DNA of 64,000 nt from Lama guanicoe (Eukaryota): assembly GCA_013239625.1 (NCBI GenBank), contig MU054400.1, forward strand, positions 169,146-233,145, read 5' to 3'. A model generated the notes under the pieces. The model made no database searches. It was not told the origin of the DNA and saw only the letters and a list, made by a program, of their open reading frames with translations. Made by a program: the position numbers and the translations under genes. Shown here in pieces: positions 62,725 to 64,000 of the stretch (positions are counted from its first letter, which is position 1; every line of letters starts with the position of its first letter).

Positions 62725-64000
62725 AAGAACACAGAAATAAACCCACAGACTTATGGCCAATTAATCTTCAACAAAGGAGGCAAGAATATACAATGGAGAA
62801 AAGAGTCTCGTCAGCAAGTGGTGCTGGGAAACCTGGACAGCCATATGTAAATCAAATTAGAACACTCCCTCATACCACACACAAAAATAAACTCAAAATG
62901 GCTTAAAGACTTAAACATAAGACAAGACACTTTAAGCCTCCTAAAAGAAAACATAGGCAAAACATTTTTTGATGTGAATCTTAGCAATATTCTCCTAGGG
63001 CAGTCTACCCAGGCAATAGAAATAAAAGCCAAAGTTAAAAAATGGGACCTAATAAACTTACAAGCTTTTGCATAGCAAAGGAAACCATAAATAAAATAAG
63101 ACAGCCAATGGAATGGGAGAAAATATTTGCAAAAGATGAGACTGACAAGGGCTTAATTTCCCTCACGTATAAACAGCTCATACAACTTAATAACAAAAAA
63201 ACAAACAACCCAATCCAAAAATGGGCAGAAGACCTAAACAAGCAATTCTCCAGTAAATACATACAAATGGCCAATAGGCACATGAAAAAATGCTCAATAT
63301 CACTAATAATCAGAGAAATACAAATCAAAACTACAATGAGGAATCACCTCACACCAGGCCGTCATTCAAAAATCCACAAATGATAAAGGCTAGAGAGGGT
63401 GTGGAGAAAAAGGAACCCTCTTACACTGTTGGTGGGAATGTAGTTTGGTGCAGCCATTATGGAAAACAGTATGGAGAGTCTTCAAAAAATTAAAAATAGA
63501 CTTACCACATGATCCAAAAGTCACACTTCTGGGCATAAATCCAGATGGAACTCAAATTAAAAAAGATACATGCACCCCGATTTTCAGAGCAGCACTATTT
63601 ATAATAGCCAAGACATGGAAGCAACCTAAATGTCCATTGACAGATGACTAGGAAGAGAAGTTGTGGTATATTTATATAATGGAATACTACTGAACCATAA
63701 AAAAGAATAAAATAATGCCATTTGCAGCAACATGGATGGACCTGGAGATCGTCTAAGTGAAATAAGCCAAAAAGAGACAGAAAGTACCATATGATAACAC
63801 TTATATGTGGAATCTTTAAAAAAGGACACAAATGAACTTATTTACAAAACAGAAACACACTCACAGAAAACAAACTTACGGTTACCTGGAGAGAGAAAGG
63901 GTAGGAAGGGATAAAATGGGAGTTTGAGATTTGCAGATACTAACTACTATATATAAAATAGATAAACAACAAGTTTCTACTGTACAGCACAGGCAACTAT
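62725..64000 (+). mobile_element. Young 5'-truncated L1 (ORF2 C-terminus and 3'UTR), continuing past the window end
   Basis: Peptides [26 protein letters not shown] and [23 protein letters not shown] are L1 ORF2 C-terminus; frameshifted. Confidence 0.95.

Noticed and set aside
62725..64000. Active L1 or functional reverse transcriptase
   Set aside because: 5'-truncated and frameshifted; no L1 in the window has intact ORF1 or ORF2.

Overview
This is non-coding mammalian genomic DNA, most likely from a camelid (alpaca, llama or camel): three tRNA-derived SINEs match the Vic-1-type camelid SINE, alongside young artiodactyl-type L1 3' ends. Roughly half the window is recognisable transposon remnant: old L1M/HAL1, younger L1, L2, MIR, MaLR (MLT1) and ERV1-type solo LTRs, hAT-Charlie DNA transposon fossils, and microsatellites. 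I found no protein-coding gene, tRNA/rRNA gene or intact mobile element; the listed ORFs are L1 ORF2 fragments or appear to be chance ORFs. L1 copies are strongly biased to the + strand, which suggests an intron of a minus-strand transcript, and a few minus-strand exon-like segments exist. The most notable structures are: a ~240-nt fold-back of two inverted LTR 3' ends (33.7-33.9 kb); a possible degraded Ty3/gypsy RT-RNase H fossil (28.7-28.8 kb); an mRNA-3'-end-like insert inside an L1 ORF2 fragment (48.4-48.6 kb); a very short twin-primed L1 (0.95-1.2 kb); a tandem double palindrome (7.83-7.90 kb); and CTCF-like motifs. I cannot support a new biological system from this sequence alone. Repeat family names come from recall of consensus sequences, not a database search, and most boundaries are approximate.
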